Of a stretch of 64,000 nucleotides of DNA, positions 41,232 through 55,351 are shown piece by piece; within the stretch, counting starts at the first letter, position 1, and each line of letters starts with the position of its first letter. The position numbers and the translations under genes were made by a program. This DNA is from Octopus vulgaris (Eukaryota), in assembly GCA_951406725.2 (NCBI GenBank), contig OX597825.1, positions 66,092,001 to 66,156,000 of the forward strand, in the 5' to 3' direction. A model generated the notes under the pieces. It was not told the origin of the DNA. It saw nothing but the letters and a program-made list of their open reading frames with translations, and did not search any database.

Positions 41232-42861
41232 TAACTGTGATTCAAAAGCGATTTGAATCCTTGACCACATGATAGCGCTTCCGTTGATTTTTGAGAAGTT
41301 TCATAATTTTCCGAAAGATATTAACGCTCCAAGGTAAATGAAGTTGTGTGAAATGAGTACCGAAACAATCACAGTTTCCTCATGCTAGAGGTTAACCTCT
41401 TTAGAAGATCGATTGACAGTCACACGAGGTCCAGGTTCGATCACCCTCCATGGCGTTTTGGACAAATGACTTTTACCATAGCTTCAGTTTCATGTAAGTG
41501 AAATTGTATAAATGGAAACTATGTGAAAGCCTTTCAGATGAATTGTGGTGAGGAAGAATCTCCGTCGTTCGATGAAGAGGTTTCCGTTGTTCTGTCTATT
41601 GAATTACCTGCACTTGATTAAACGTGCAAGTGGCTGAGTACTCCACAGACTTGTACAGTTCTTATTGTAATTTTCTGGTGAATCAACGAAATACTGTGTG
41701 TGACAAGGCTAACCCTTTGACTGCATGAGTTAGCAAACAGAAGCTCGGTATGGCAGCGTTACGTGAGAAAGGTGAGTGCTACTCTTCCTGAACGCTTTCT
41801 TAAGGGGCAAAAAAAGTGAAGCGCCCTTTACCTCTGCTTTACTCCATACATGAAAGCTTTTCTTGAGCCAAGGAAGCAACATCTTCAAGTACCGATCTAT
41901 GGAAGAACATTACCTCAACTGGCTGAGGTAAAGCATGCGGTTATATATGTGTTGTTCTCAGGAATAAATACGATACAAGCAAACAGGACTACCAGATGCA
42001 TACGCACATGTCCATACCGTTGTGCTTCGGTTTTAGGGGCAACGAAATATGAGTAGGGGTCATGGATGTTGATATCGATATGAACTTCTGGGTCATAATC
42101 TTCTGGACGTAGTTTAGGTAGGTAGTGAGTTCGGAGGTCACGAAGAATGTCTTGTGGTCGCTCGAGGTCTCTTTGGCAATATAAGGCCTTATGACACTCA
42201 AAGCCTTCACATGACACTTTCAGAGCTACTCCTCGTTTTGGTTGCAGAAGAAAGAGCGATGGTTGTGGTAATACGGAGCAGGAAGCTAAACAGTTATAAT
42301 GTGGTGACAAAACCTACTTTAGGGCTTTCTCTCCAGAGGAACTGCAAAACAAGAAAGCAGCAGCAGAGATCTCAGATGTTGCAGTTCTCAGACTGCCTAA
42401 CACCACCTGTTGAAGCTCTAGAATTATTTGTAGAGCTCACCCTTTTTTCGGTGCCGAGGGTCTGAAAAAGCTCTTGTCCTGTCATGACCAGTGATTATAG
42501 TGAAGGGAAGATGGAGGAAATTGTCCAAATTGTCCAGCATCAAAAAACGCAAGCAGCCACAATAGATCGGAGAATATTCATCGATCACAGTCTCAGAAGC
42601 CGTTGAAAGAGAACCTGTACATCTCCCAACCAACAATATCTGCCTATCGTTTTGTAACAATAGAAGCATGATGGAAAATTACAAGAAAAATAAAAAGAGG
42701 ACCAACGAAGAAAGAAGGGCGAGTTTGACTTATAATAGGGGGTGTAGAACGTAACAAAAGGATTTTGACAACACTAATTTCAAATTCACAGTCATTTAAG
42801 GTATAAACCAGTTCATCTTAAACTGAGAAAATGATTAAGGGACAAAAGAGAAAATTGTATA

Positions 42862-43379
42862 CCGTAAATCCTCGAGTATAGTCCGCCCTTGAGTATAATA
42901 CGCAGGAGATTTTTAGGAGGCTGTACCTCTGAAAAACCTAAACCTTGTGTATAATACGCACCCCTTCTCTAAATTGAGTCAAGGAGGTCTATATAACGTC
43001 CGTGGTTTGTAAAGATGTATACGGTAACGTCTTTTATTATTATTGTATATATAACATAATGCTAACGTATAGCTTTTATGTGCATTTTGCTTGCAGAAAA
43101 AAAAATTTCAGTAATAACAGTAATAACGTTTAATAAATGTTGCTTACTGCAAGTTATGGATAATTCTTTTATGACTTCATTGCTTTCAGGCTTAGCTGAA
43201 GGTATTTTCGCGCCCGTCATCACAAAATGCGTCTGAATAAACATTGCCGGACAGTAAATAGAGACTCGGACATTGCTTAGAAGATATTTTTCATTTTTAA
43301 CTTCGTATATAGTACGCACTAAGGATTTTGACCTTTAAATTTTGGGGAAAAAATGCGGATTATACTCGAGGATTTACGG
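42862..43379. mobile_element. pogo/Tigger-type MITE
   Basis: ta-CCGTAAATCCTCGAGTATAGTCCGC...GCGGATTATACTCGAGGATTTACGG-ta with subterminal gtataatacgca repeats. Confidence 0.9.
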
Positions 43380-44214
43380 TACTAGATGACGATAAAGAAA
43401 TAGAGTCAGGATAAAGAAAACACACAGAAGATAGAGATTTGTTGAAAATGAAACCATAAGTTTATCAGATTTTGAGGTAGGATGTGGGATAGCAAGGAGC
43501 TCTTTGTAGGTGCAGGCTTTTGCAGTGCAAGAAGTTCCCGACGGGTAGATACATGCAGTGCTCTGATCCTAACCCTAATCATTGAATTCTTAAATCTATA
43601 AATACAAAGGAGTAGTGTCGATGTGTTGAACAACAGAGAAGTTTACGACTCCTCCAGTTACACTGTAGAAGGTGGGTGCTCAACTTTATTAGCCCCTAAG
43701 GCTCTAGAAAAACAATATCTTGGACTCTATTTAACATGTCCTTCCGTTGTTTCGTAACGTAGACCAACCCCGATCGAGCAGTCGAATATGTTATTTCTGC
43801 ACTTCACTTTATTTTGTTTTAAATCTGGTTAGGTGCAACTTGAGGGAAAATTGGTTTCTACTTCTAACAGGTACAACGTACAAAGTAAGCTGGTCCATCA
43901 GTGGGCCGTTCTTTCGAGGTCGCTAAAACAAATAATCAGCTTATGTTTACAGCACTGTACACTCTCTCGCCGATAAAATAGCAACCTTATGCCAATGTGA
44001 GAAATCATTATTTATATTGAGGTTCGTGTTTATTTTTACTGCAATGAATGGACGAGAAAATATCTGTGTTTTAAAGAATTTGAAGACTGTTTGGAATTTA
44101 TCATGATGTCATTGCACTACTATGAGGGTTTTTAAAAGACATGCATTGATGTCAGTAGCAAAAACAAAAATGAATCTACAGTGTTTATTATAAGTGGAAT
44201 CTGAAACTGCATCC

Positions 44215-44274
<60 letters not shown>

Positions 44275-44277
44275 AAA

Positions 44278-44331
<54 letters not shown>

Positions 44332-44366
44332 GCAACCATGCACATATGTATATGAATACAGATTTT

Positions 44367-44417
<51 letters not shown>

Positions 44418-44604
44418 TTATACACACAAATTCGAACACACATACACACACACGCACACACATGCATGCACACGCAAATATTAGCCATTTCTAACAGGTG
44501 GAACAATCACGTAGTGGTTTGGTAGTTCGCTCATCCTTCTGGGATTGGTAAAATAAGTGTTATGTATGCACACGCCTACAAAAGTCTAAATAAATGTGCG
44601 GATG

Positions 44605-44615
44605 AATGGATAGAC

Positions 44616-44692
<77 letters not shown>

Positions 44693-44745
44693 CAAACAGA
44701 CAGACAGACAGATAGATAGATCGATAGATAGATAGACAGACAGAC

Positions 44746-44819
<74 letters not shown>

Positions 44820-44829
44820 GCAGACAGAC

Positions 44830-44866
<37 letters not shown>

Positions 44867-44930
44867 CATACATACATACATACATACATACATACATACA
44901 TACATACATACATACATACATACATACATA
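44605..44930. repeat. (GATA)n/(GACA)n/(CATA)n microsatellite
   Basis: Directly visible. Confidence 0.95.
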
Positions 44931-45445
44931 CGAAGTTACAGGTTTTGGCAAACAATATATGCGCACGTAAATTTTATACATAGATACATGTGCAAGCAGT
45001 TGTGCTTTTCATGTAACAGTACCCAATTTGTGCTTGCGTGTTCAAATCACATGAATTCTGCTTTTTTTATTGTATGCTCGTGAAAACGTATATATAGTGG
45101 ATTATCTCGTTTAAAGGAATTCTTTTTAGCAGTTCCTCATTCATCATTCTTTGATTGCGACTGTGCACTCTGCATGTTAGTAGAACCTCACTGGGCAGGG
45201 CAAGTGAATTTTAAACATCTTGGGATCGTATTCATGAGTGATGGGATGCAGGAGGCTGAATGGGATGCTGGAATTGCAGGTAAAAAGCTAAAGGTACAGT
45301 TATCTTCTAAAGTCATGCCGACTCCCAACGGTTGGTTTCCCGGTTTCCGTGGCGTATATATTCCGCACCTTGATGGGACCCCGGTCCGTCGCAGGGTTGC
45401 TCATTTTTGCCAGCTGAGTGGACTGAAGCAACGGGATATTAAGTA

Positions 45446-46005
45446 TTGGGTTGTCCGGAAAGTTTGTGCCTATTTTTAAAGGAAAGAAAAAGGTCAATAA
45501 ATACTTGCCATTACATTTTTAATCAACCAAATATGAACCATTTTGCTGCACAATGCGTCTCCATCTTTCCTTTAACTTGAAAATACCTTCTTCCCAGAAC
45601 TGAGGTGGTTTCATGGCAAAGAATTCATCAAGGTATCTTTTTACGTCATCCAAGGAATTGAAATTTTTACCATTAAGACTATTCTGCAGAGACCTGAATA
45701 AGTGGAAATTCGAAGGAGCAATATCTGGTGAATAGGAGGGTGGGGTAAAACATTGCAGCCGAGCTGCAGCAATTCATGTCTGGTTTCCAAAGCATCAAGT
45801 GCTGAAAATGAACTTTCTTATCTTCCATTTTAAAAGGTTACAGAATTAACACAGCTTATAGGAACATAAAGATAACGAAAAGATAACTTAAACTGTGCTT
45901 TAAATGGAGGTGTAGTCAAATCCTATTTTATGAACTCAACCATGTTCTAAAATAAGTCGAAAGGTAAGCTACTATAAATCGGCACGAACTTTCCGGACAA
46001 TCCAA
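45446..46005 (-). mobile_element. Internally deleted mariner inserted in a family D SINE (45320-46065)
   Basis: TIRs TTGGGTTGTCCGGAAAGTTTGTGCC and GGCACGAACTTTCCGGACAATCCAA with TA TSD; minus strand YSPDIAPSNFHLFRSLQN; SINE sequence resumes on both sides. Confidence 0.9.
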
Positions 46006-47744
46006 TACTTTACCCAACAACACAACGCGTCACCCGGTCCAGGTATCGAAACCACAATCTTACAATCAAGTGAGGTAGAGGGAATGTAATTGTAACGCTT
46101 TCGCGTGATTATTTGAAGGAAAAAGAGGAGAAAGAGAAAGGAAAGAGTAAAAGAAGATAAGGCGAAGTGAGACTGAAAGAGGGAGAAAGAAAAAGACGGA
46201 GAAAAAGACGGAGAATGGAGAATGAAAAGTGCATTTTTTTATTAAACTGTTTTTTATATCACCTATCACTTAACGCATGCACATAAGTGCAATTCCGTGA
46301 AATATTCACGCTTATTTACGGAGCAGATACATGTAATTTAACTAAAGCTTATATCATATGTACTCTTTAAACTCTTTAACTCATTAAATTGTTTCAGCTT
46401 CAAAGCTGCGGTCAAGCTGGGGCACCACGGGATTTTCTTATGGGAAAAGGGAAAAAATAAGAATGAATATTTTATGAGTGCTGTGTATTAAATCTATAAA
46501 ATTGAGCATATAGTATATAAATTGTATATATAAAGTGCATTAAGTAATCGTCGTATTCCAATTTCTTTCACTTTTCAATGAGTAGCAGATGAGCGACTAT
46601 CTTTCCATACAAACACAGCACAGGCTACTCTTTCAGGCTTTTTGGATAAAGGTTTCAGAAATAACCCAATAGACTTACTATTAATTCCGTGAAATATTCA
46701 CTGATTCTGCTAGTATTTGATAGAAGATTAAGTTTAGATTATTCTGTTCATCAACTTTTTCTTAACTTCTTTCTCAATTTCCCAATCTGTTACTTTCGGA
46801 ATCCAGTCCTCATATACATTATATTTAACACTTTTCTTTGATATGCCTTGCCAAAACTCTTTAATTTTAAGATCTGAACCAACCTCGTTTCCGTGATGTA
46901 TTTATTCATTTCAATTTCTCAGATAAGAGTTTTTGGCTAGTTATTAGCGAAAGAAGAAGTAAGTATAATATCAAAACAGCATTCTCTAAATTTTACTTAA
47001 CGTATATATACAGTAGAAAGTCTACATCTGTAGTATTCGTCTCATGTCAAGAAATCATCTCACATAGATGTATAGTGCTAAAAAGCACAGAAGAATACCA
47101 GTAGCTGGCAAAAATTGTCCAACAACAGCGTTGGAATTCTGTGTATTTACATGTTATCAGTAGCAAATATCCACTAGACAAATTTCACTTCTACTAATAT
47201 CGAAAAACAGTGACTAAAAAATAACCAATGTCGCAAATAACCGGCAGACTTGGTAAATATGTTATTCGCGATGTAAGCAGTACTGCTTCAAATTAGCATT
47301 ATGTATATTCTGCTCAACGAGGATATACTATAGTAAGCCACGTAACTGCGGCATTCGGCTCGAGAAAGCATCTCGTATAGACATTGTACGAAAAAGTTCA
47401 GAAGAATTTGATTGCTTTGAAAGAGACTCTTCTTGTGAAACTGTTCAGTTCTCTTTTCGTACCGTCTGAGATTCTACCATTTTTTTTTCTTTCAGTTGCG
47501 CTTCCTTTCATTTCTACTATTACTACCTTAACACCTTGGCCATTGATTGAATTATATATAGTCACGAGCAAAACGTCCAATGGAAGGTGCTGAGTTGTCA
47601 AACATTTAAATCAAATTTACTCAAAACAACTTGTCCGACCGTTCCATAGGCCTCCCCTTTGAGAAACACTGATTTAACCTAAATTTGAGACACCAGCAAA
47701 AGAAGAAATAAAGATAGACTTTTTTTTCTATTCCAAAGAAAAAC

Positions 47745-47930
47745 GATTTTATTCACTTTATCGATCGCATTCTCACCTGGAATCGATTTTTGTAATTTTT
47801 TCAAGATTTATATACGCCCTGATACCGACGGTATCTCCAAATCAAATTTGAGCGCAATCGGATGGAGGATGCCCGAGATCCTAGAAGACACACACACACA
47901 GACAGACAGAACGGATTTTATATAATAGAT
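47745..47930 (-). mobile_element. Helitron 5' terminal fragment
   Basis: Minus strand a|TCTATTATATAAAATCCGTTCTGTCTGTC, similar layout to the 20245 and 32335 ends. Confidence 0.55.
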
Positions 47931-47966
47931 TAGTCTTTTTTGTAAATCTTGCTTTGAGTTGACATA

Positions 47967-48770
47967 CAAGGTGTCCCAGAATTAACTATTTCAATGGAAT
48001 CGGGCAAATTTTAAAAAATCTGATAGAATTTATGTTTATTACTTAATTATGATACCAAAACCAAATAGATTTATAAATCTTACGTCAAAACTTTATTGAA
48101 AAATTTCAACATGTGCTCCGTCTGTTTCACTGCAAATTTCAAATCTATCCTTAGTATTCGTGAAAGCACATTTTGAAACATTTCAGGAGATATCTTGTGC
48201 ACTGCTAATTGAATGCGTTCTTTAAGTTCAGCTAAACAGTTGTCCCATCTTGGGGGATGGAGATAGAGAAAATGATTGCTGCCAAATTGAAAAAGAAAAT
48301 CTGTCGTGGACAGATAAGCGGGATCCAACAAGAATGAAAATAAAATTCTTTAAAAATATTATAAAAATTATAAACAAAATGTAAAATTTACACACACTTA
48401 AAATATACTATACATTATCCCTGTAACCGACCAGGCTATCGGATGTTGCTACACATCGCTGGTCACAATGCGCTTCGCATTGTTTTAGCCTTCAACTTAC
48501 GCCACCCCGCTGGCTAAACGAGCAGGCCAACAGAAGAAAGAGTGAGAGAAAGTTGTGGCGAAAGAGTAAAGTGGGGATCGCCACCGCCTCCTGCCGGAGC
48601 TTCATGGAGCTTTAGGTGTTTTTGCTCAATAAACACTCACACTAGGAATCGAAACCGCGATCCTACGACTGCGAGTCCGCTACCCTAACCACTGGGCCAT
48701 TGCGCCTCCACACTAAACATTATAAACATAAATAAAAGTAAGTTTTTTAAAAAAATTCTTGGACATCCTG
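47967..48770 (-). mobile_element. Deleted Tc1/mariner-superfamily element carrying a family C SINE insertion (48420-48710)
   Basis: ta-CAAGGTGTCCCAGAATT...AATTCTTGGACATCCTG-ta; transposase C-terminal-like LAELKERIQLAVHKISPEMFQNV. Confidence 0.65.
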
Positions 48771-49403
48771 TATTTTATATCGATTCAAGTTTGACAATGG
48801 ATTACACTGTGAAGTGTTTTCTTGGTGAAGATTTTTCAGAACCAGTTGATTTTACTGTAAAATTTTTTGAGAGTCACTTGGTTTCGCTGTGAAGTGTTTT
48901 TCTCTTCCACCATGGCACATTTTTCTCCTTATCTCGTCTCTTCTTTATACCTATGGCCTGTCCCACTACAGTAATAACTACTCTGAGTAACTTATTACAT
49001 TAACCAAATATCTTGTCTCTAAAGAGCCAAATATCTAATCCGTTTTTGGTATTTTTCATTCAGTGTTTTCTAATCTATAAATCTTTGAGTGATAAGTCTT
49101 GTCTATATCAGATACGCTTATCTTATCTTCCATTTGTTCATCAGTTGCTATGTTGCTGTGGTTAAAGCGTCATCATCGTCGCAGTCGTTGTCGTCGTCGT
49201 TACGAGCAAGTAGACTCGTTACAGCGTCAGACAAAATACTTCGAAGTATTCCTATTCTTTTCGCTGTAAGTTCAATTTCTGCTGAGTCGACTTTGCCTTT
49301 CATCCTTTCGGGGGTCGATAAAATAAGTATCTGTTATGCACTAGGTCGATGTAATCGTGTAGCCGCCTCCCCAAAAATTTTAGGCTTTTTTACCTTTAGT
49401 AGA

Positions 49404-49519
<116 letters not shown>

Positions 49520-50070
49520 TTGAGTGAGAGGGCAGTGCATGCCATCAAAGTGACACTGGGGTAAAATATATGGAGCCCAGTATACCCATCATGACTACCC
49601 GTCTGATAAGGGTACACCAGGCACATGCATCACAACCATATGTGCGCGACATGGTGATCTCATATCAGCGCATGACCTTGCAGGTGGGGCCCAGTTAGAA
49701 TTTTCTTCTGGTCGAGTAGGCCATCCCGCTCAAAAGGTCCCTGAAAAAAGATTGTTTAAGGATGTTGAACAAACCACCCATGTTTCCAAAGGTGAATTAT
49801 CCAAACCTCCATGAATTCCTTTCAACACACAGCTATGATGCTCCTCCACTACTTCTGCTCGTGATCAGAGATGCACATTTCGTCAGCCACAAAGGGACAT
49901 GCTCAACTGGTTAAGGCCAAACAACTGACAAGCAAATCTGTGGTATTGAGCAGAATATTTGCTGTAGCCCGTCTTTTATATTGAGGGAAAACAATGTACA
50001 TGGTAACACTTCCAATCAGTTCAGATCAGGAGCAATGTGAGCCAGTCTGGTACTGCATCAGGGCATTTAC
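49520..50070 (-). mobile_element. About 550-bp element embedded in trinucleotide tracts, probable microsatellite-targeting non-LTR derivative
   Basis: Complex sequence bounded exactly by (ATT)n(AGT)n and (ATT)n(GTT)n; no TIRs or ORF; orientation inferred. Confidence 0.45.
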
Positions 50071-50095
50071 TATTATTATTATTATTATTATTATT

Positions 50096-50179
<84 letters not shown>

Positions 50180-51504
50180 GCTGTTGCTGTTGTTGTCATC
50201 ATCATCATCATCATCATCATTATTATTATTTTTATTATGATACGTTCCTTTCCTAGATAATCATCTCCCTTATGATATTTAAGGAAACATCAACGCGTAG
50301 AGCATTAAACAACTTAGATAAATAAGAAAATAAAACCAGAAACCAAATCCACCACAAATTGGATAAAATATAAAGGACGAGGGGTGTTTGGATAGAAGTA
50401 ATAATGTGTGTGAGTACGTGTGTGTCTGTATGGTGTGCTGTAATAGTTTATGGTGGGGTTTCGTATATCACACATTACGTATCAAATTTCATAATTGTAC
50501 TTCATAATTTATCACTTGAAACGGACAGGAGGACTTAATTTGACATCATTAAGTTGGGGAAAATTCTAGGAGGAAGTTAATATAGACATTTAATCTTTTT
50601 TGACAATACCTATTACTACAACTACTGCTGCTACTACTACTACTACTACTACTAGCAGATAGACCATTCTCTGGGGCGATTTTCTGAAAGCTGTTAATTG
50701 TTATTTACACATTTGATTATCAGCTTGAGCAATTTTTCCTTTGCATACTTCATTTGTCTAATGGTGGTCATTCGCTCAGGAAATATTTCGCTCATTATTT
50801 TATCGCAGTCTTAATCTCTTTTTTTTTTAACAAACTTCTTTCTTTCTTATCTTTTTTTTCACCTTATATCAGTGTAGCAATTTCAGCTTACGCCATCCCT
50901 CATTCAGCTGAACTTCCGGTAGCTTCAAAAAATCGTGTTCAGATGCAAAGATGGAGACGATGAAATTGATTTCAAACTACCTCCAGTAGTAATTTACGAT
51001 CGATTTCATTCTACACCCTATGATTTTAGATTGCCTCTTGAAATCCTTCCCCAAATATTCGTCGCATTGGTGACAAATAAAGTGTGTTTTCTCTGTATGT
51101 ATGCGTTAGGTACACGTGTGTATATCATAGAGAGTTTTGAGCGTCGACTTAGTTAAAGTTGAAAAACGCCGCAGCGGTTCTTTCTCCATAAGAAGAATAT
51201 TAACCCTCTCTCTTATCTCTCAGTAATCTCTCTCCCACCCTCTCTAACTCCGTAAGTAACTACAAGCAGCAACAGAAATAGTCTCCAGTCAAATATTCAC
51301 GTATTTATTCTTTTTTTCTATTTTTTCACAACCATCGGAGCGCAAAGCACGTTCGTGAGATGGTTGTGATATATAAATAAGTTTTAATAGGAACCGGAAA
51401 AAGAAGTATGAACATGTGCATATTGAATTCATAAAACAGAAGAGAAGAATAAAAATGCAATGCGCAGGTCAAAGTAAGACCGAAGCGGAGAATAAAACAG
51501 CTTC

Positions 51505-51668
51505 ATTATTTACATTATTTGCATTTGACGGATATTTGCATTCATCTTGTTTGTTATTATCACAACGTTTCAGTTGATATACCCTCCAGCCTTCATCAGG
51601 TGTCTTGGGGAAATTTTGAACCTGGGTTCTCATTCCTAAGGTATTTTTCAATGTTGCTATTGTTGTTG

Positions 51669-51747
<79 letters not shown>

Positions 51748-51889
51748 TATAATTATTATTATTATTATTATTATTGTTATTATTATTATCATTATTATTA
51801 TTATTATTCAGGTCACTGCGTGGAATCGAACTCGGAATCTTGAGGTTAGTAGCCTGCGCTCTTAACCACTACGCCATATGCCCGTGGGC
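51505..51889 (-). mobile_element. Family E: tRNA-headed SINE with (AAT)n linker and HHR-containing tail
   Basis: Head gggcatatggcgtagtggttaagagcgc...gagttcgattcc (A and B boxes, 51811-51883); HHR at 51559-51604. Confidence 0.85.
51559..51604 (-). ncRNA. Minimal type I hammerhead ribozyme motif
   Basis: GACAC-CTGATGA-A-GGCTGG-agggtata-TCAACT-GAA-ACGT-T-GTGAT. Confidence 0.65.
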
Positions 51890-51897
51890 TTTTTTTT

Positions 51898-51956
51898 TAG
51901 TGGTTAAGAACGCGGGCTACAAACCCCAAGATTCCGAGTTCGACTCCAGGTAGTGA

Positions 51957-52024
<68 letters not shown>

Positions 52025-52190
52025 GCGAAAAATACCCTAGGAATGAGAACCCAGGTTCGAAATTTCCCGAAGATACCTGATGAAGGCTGGAGGGTATATC
52101 AGCCGAAACGTTTTGTTAACAACGAACAAGAAGACAAATAGCCGTCAAATGTAAATAATGTAAATAATTCCTCATCTCTTAAATATATAA
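51898..52190 (+). mobile_element. Family E second copy, head-to-head with the first
   Basis: tagtggttaagaacgcgggctac...gagttcgactcc, (AAT)n, same tail. Confidence 0.85.
52072..52117 (+). ncRNA. Minimal type I hammerhead ribozyme motif
   Basis: GATAC-CTGATGA-A-GGCTGG-agggtata-TCAGCC-GAA-ACGT-T-TTGTT; 6-bp stem II. Confidence 0.7.
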
Positions 52191-52863
52191 CTAATAAACA
52201 GGTTATATGATAGTCTGCATCCTACGTAAGACACTACTATCACACAGCTTTACTGCAATTCTCTTGTTTGTTATTAATTATGTATGAATATTTTCGGTTT
52301 TGTACATAAAAAATATTTCGTTTGCATTTAAAATGGATTGGCATATTTTTTTTTTTTTAGTATGATATATATTTCCATCGCTTGGAAAAACAAAACTACT
52401 GCGACTGCAAATATGATCCAAATCGGTTTGTTATTTAAGAAAGATGCTTTTATGTAAAAACAATTGCAGTCTCAGACTCTTTGGTGTTCTAAGTGTTTCT
52501 TTAAGGTATCATAAAAATGTTTGAGGACGTACAAGAAAAAACAATTATAGTGAAAAACTTACTGTTGCTTCTAACGTATGTGATTATATAATTTATTTCT
52601 TTTCCGTCGACATATTTGTACATTTAATTATTGGTAACCTATATAAACACACGACTACAGATATACAGAAATTGCTAATTATATTTTCTTTTATTCCTGT
52701 TCATCATATAAACTACAATATATCTGGTCTGTTGGCCTTAATTTCTCTATCTGTGTGTATCGGCATATCCCAGAGTATGGTTGCTTTCTCGTTTTCTGTG
52801 ACCTTTTCTGGTGTGTGCCTATACCATCTTTTTTCTGTTGTTATTCCATAATGTTGGCATAGC

Positions 52864-52903
<40 letters not shown>

Positions 52904-52976
52904 CAAAGCTTGGCGGTATTTTATCCGTCTTTTCGTTCTGAGTTCAAGTTCCACCTATCTAGTACGTAGCTTTCTC

Positions 52977-53009
<33 letters not shown>

Positions 53010-53095
53010 CATTATTATTATTATCATTATTATTATTATTATTATCAAAGCTTGGCGGTATTTTATCCGTCTTTTCGTTCTGAGTTCAAGTTAAG

Positions 53096-53510
53096 AAGGC
53101 GGCGAACTGGCAGAAACGTTAGAACGCCGGACGAAATGCTTAGCGGTATTTCGTCTGCCGTTTTGAGTTCAAATTCCGCCAAGGTCGACTTTGCCTTTCA
53201 TCCTTTCGGGGTCGAGAAATTAAGTACCAGTTACGCACTGAAGTTCGATGTAATCGACTTAATCCCTTTGTTTGTCCTTGTTTGTCCCCTCTATGTTTAA
53301 CCTCTTGTGGGTAGTAAAGAAATATGTATTTCGTCTGTCTTTACGTTCTGAGTTCAAATTCCGCCGAAGTCGACTTTGCCTTTCATCCTTTCGGGATCGA
53401 TAAATTAAGTACCAGTTACGCACTGGGGTCGATGTAATCGACTTAATCCCTTTGTTTGTCCTTGTTTGTCCCCTCTATGTTTAACCCCTTGTGGGCAATA
53501 AAGAAATAAG
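53096..53510 (+). mobile_element. SINE family B with two body units
   Basis: Head, unit ending gggtagtaaagaaata, second unit ending gggcaataaagaaata. Confidence 0.9.
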
Positions 53511-55102
53511 AAATAAATATGATAGCTTTTAGTTTCTGTTCCTATTGTTTTTGTTACTGTTATTATTTAGTTCCAGGTCACGCCCATTCGGGAAACTCAA
53601 TAACCAAAAGCATTCATTCCAGACGTGACCATCCCGTTATTTTGGAGAGAGTTCTAAAACTTCATTAGCTAATGTCAATTTTTTTTTACGTATTTATTTA
53701 CTTATTTATTAAGACAGCGAAGAATGATTGTCTTTTTCCTTTATAGAACTAATGTAATTTATGTTTTACTTTCCTGTCTAGACAATGTCATAGATTTCAG
53801 AAAAGCTTAATGTTGATGCCTTACATAAAGGAATTACACACTAAAATGAGGTAAACTAGTTCCATTCACCTCGTTAGAAATTTCGTTATTGCTATTTTGA
53901 AAACAGCTACAAGATTACAAAATTTATAGTAACCAGACATAATGCCGCTTCATTTTTATTCTATTTAACCCTTTGAAAGCGGATATATCCTCTTAAAATT
54001 TTACTGCAGAAAGCGTTTTTAACGCACAACTTTGAAAAAAAATCTCTCCTTACGTTGCAAAAAGTAGAGACTCCACTCCAGTGACACATTTTTACAGAAG
54101 ACAATTTGGGGATTTAAAAAATTGTTTTCACATATTTCATCAAATATCTTTACAGAGTAAGAATCAAATACTTTTAGTGGTGAATCTTAAATCCGTACCT
54201 ACAGAAGATAGTTTTAAAGTATTGCAGAAATAGAAAATATTAATTCTATTTCTTTTTCTTTTCTTTTTTCATTTTTTTTTTTTTTCAGTGGTTAATAAAC
54301 ATCATTACGTGAATGACCTTGAAATCCAATTAAGTAGCTTATAGATTAAGATTTATTCCAGTTCCGAAAAATAAAAGCAAAACAAGATAGTTGTCTTTTC
54401 ATGGATCAACCACATTTACTTCCAAAGTTTTCGCTGTTGTTGTTGTTGTTGTTGTTTGGATCCAGGTCGGTTCTGATTGAGCAGATCTTTTATCAATGTC
54501 CTTCCAATTGGAATCTTTCTGTCTTGCCTCATTCTAGTCAGAACCATTCCAAAGACATCAAGAAAAAAAATTATTCTATACGCTTTTTTTCTAGACGGTA
54601 CAATTTAGTGATATTTGAGGATGATCGAGCAGTTATCTCTAGTTTGTCAACCAAACACGAAGACATCCCCATAACGAGTCATCCTTCAAAAAACGTGTAG
54701 TTGTCTGCCAATTTCAGAAACCATGTGAAAAGATCTGCAGCTGACCGAGTTTTTATATGCTTCTATCTGAATGTACGTTTGTTGTGTTCCACGCTCCTAA
54801 CTTTGTATTTATGTGTGTATTAGTGTATTTGCTTATATTAGTGTGTGTCTTTATATATATATATATTATGTATTAGTTTATTTTATATATTATTACGGCC
54901 AAAATGTTAACGGACGGTTTCATATGAAATTTCGTTTCCTAAACGGATAGAATAATTAAATACTTGGTTGACCGGATGTGTATAGCACTTTTTTTATATC
55001 GTCTCTCTTACTTTATGCCGTATGCGCTCTGTTTCTGACTTATGAACTTTTCGCAAACAATACACACATACTCACAAAGGCACACACACACACACTTATA
55101 TA

Positions 55103-55317
55103 CAGGGTTGGCTAAAAGTCACCATTTAACTCCATGATTAAAACCCAAAAATTATTTTATATAAGACTTCGCTAATAAATAGACGAATGTTGAAAAACAA
55201 CGGTGATTTTCACTCACAGCATTCAATTATTAAACATTCATAATTGGAATGAATATATAAAGTTGAATATTAAGTATTAATGGAATTTTGATTTACTGTC
55301 GAATGACTTTTGACCAA

Positions 55318-55320
<3 letters not shown>
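55103..55320. mobile_element. Tc1/mariner-type MITE
   Basis: ta-CAGGGTTGGCTAAAAGTCA...TGACTTTTGACCAACC. Confidence 0.6.

Positions 55321-55334
<14 letters not shown>

Positions 55335-55351
<17 letters not shown>

Noticed and set aside
50005-50035. U2 snRNA-like stretch (atcagttcagatcag)
   Set aside because: Similarity too short and mismatched to support
51811-51958. Functional tRNA genes
   Set aside because: Acceptor and T stems pair poorly and both run into a shared SINE body; same applies to heads at 16431 and 24050
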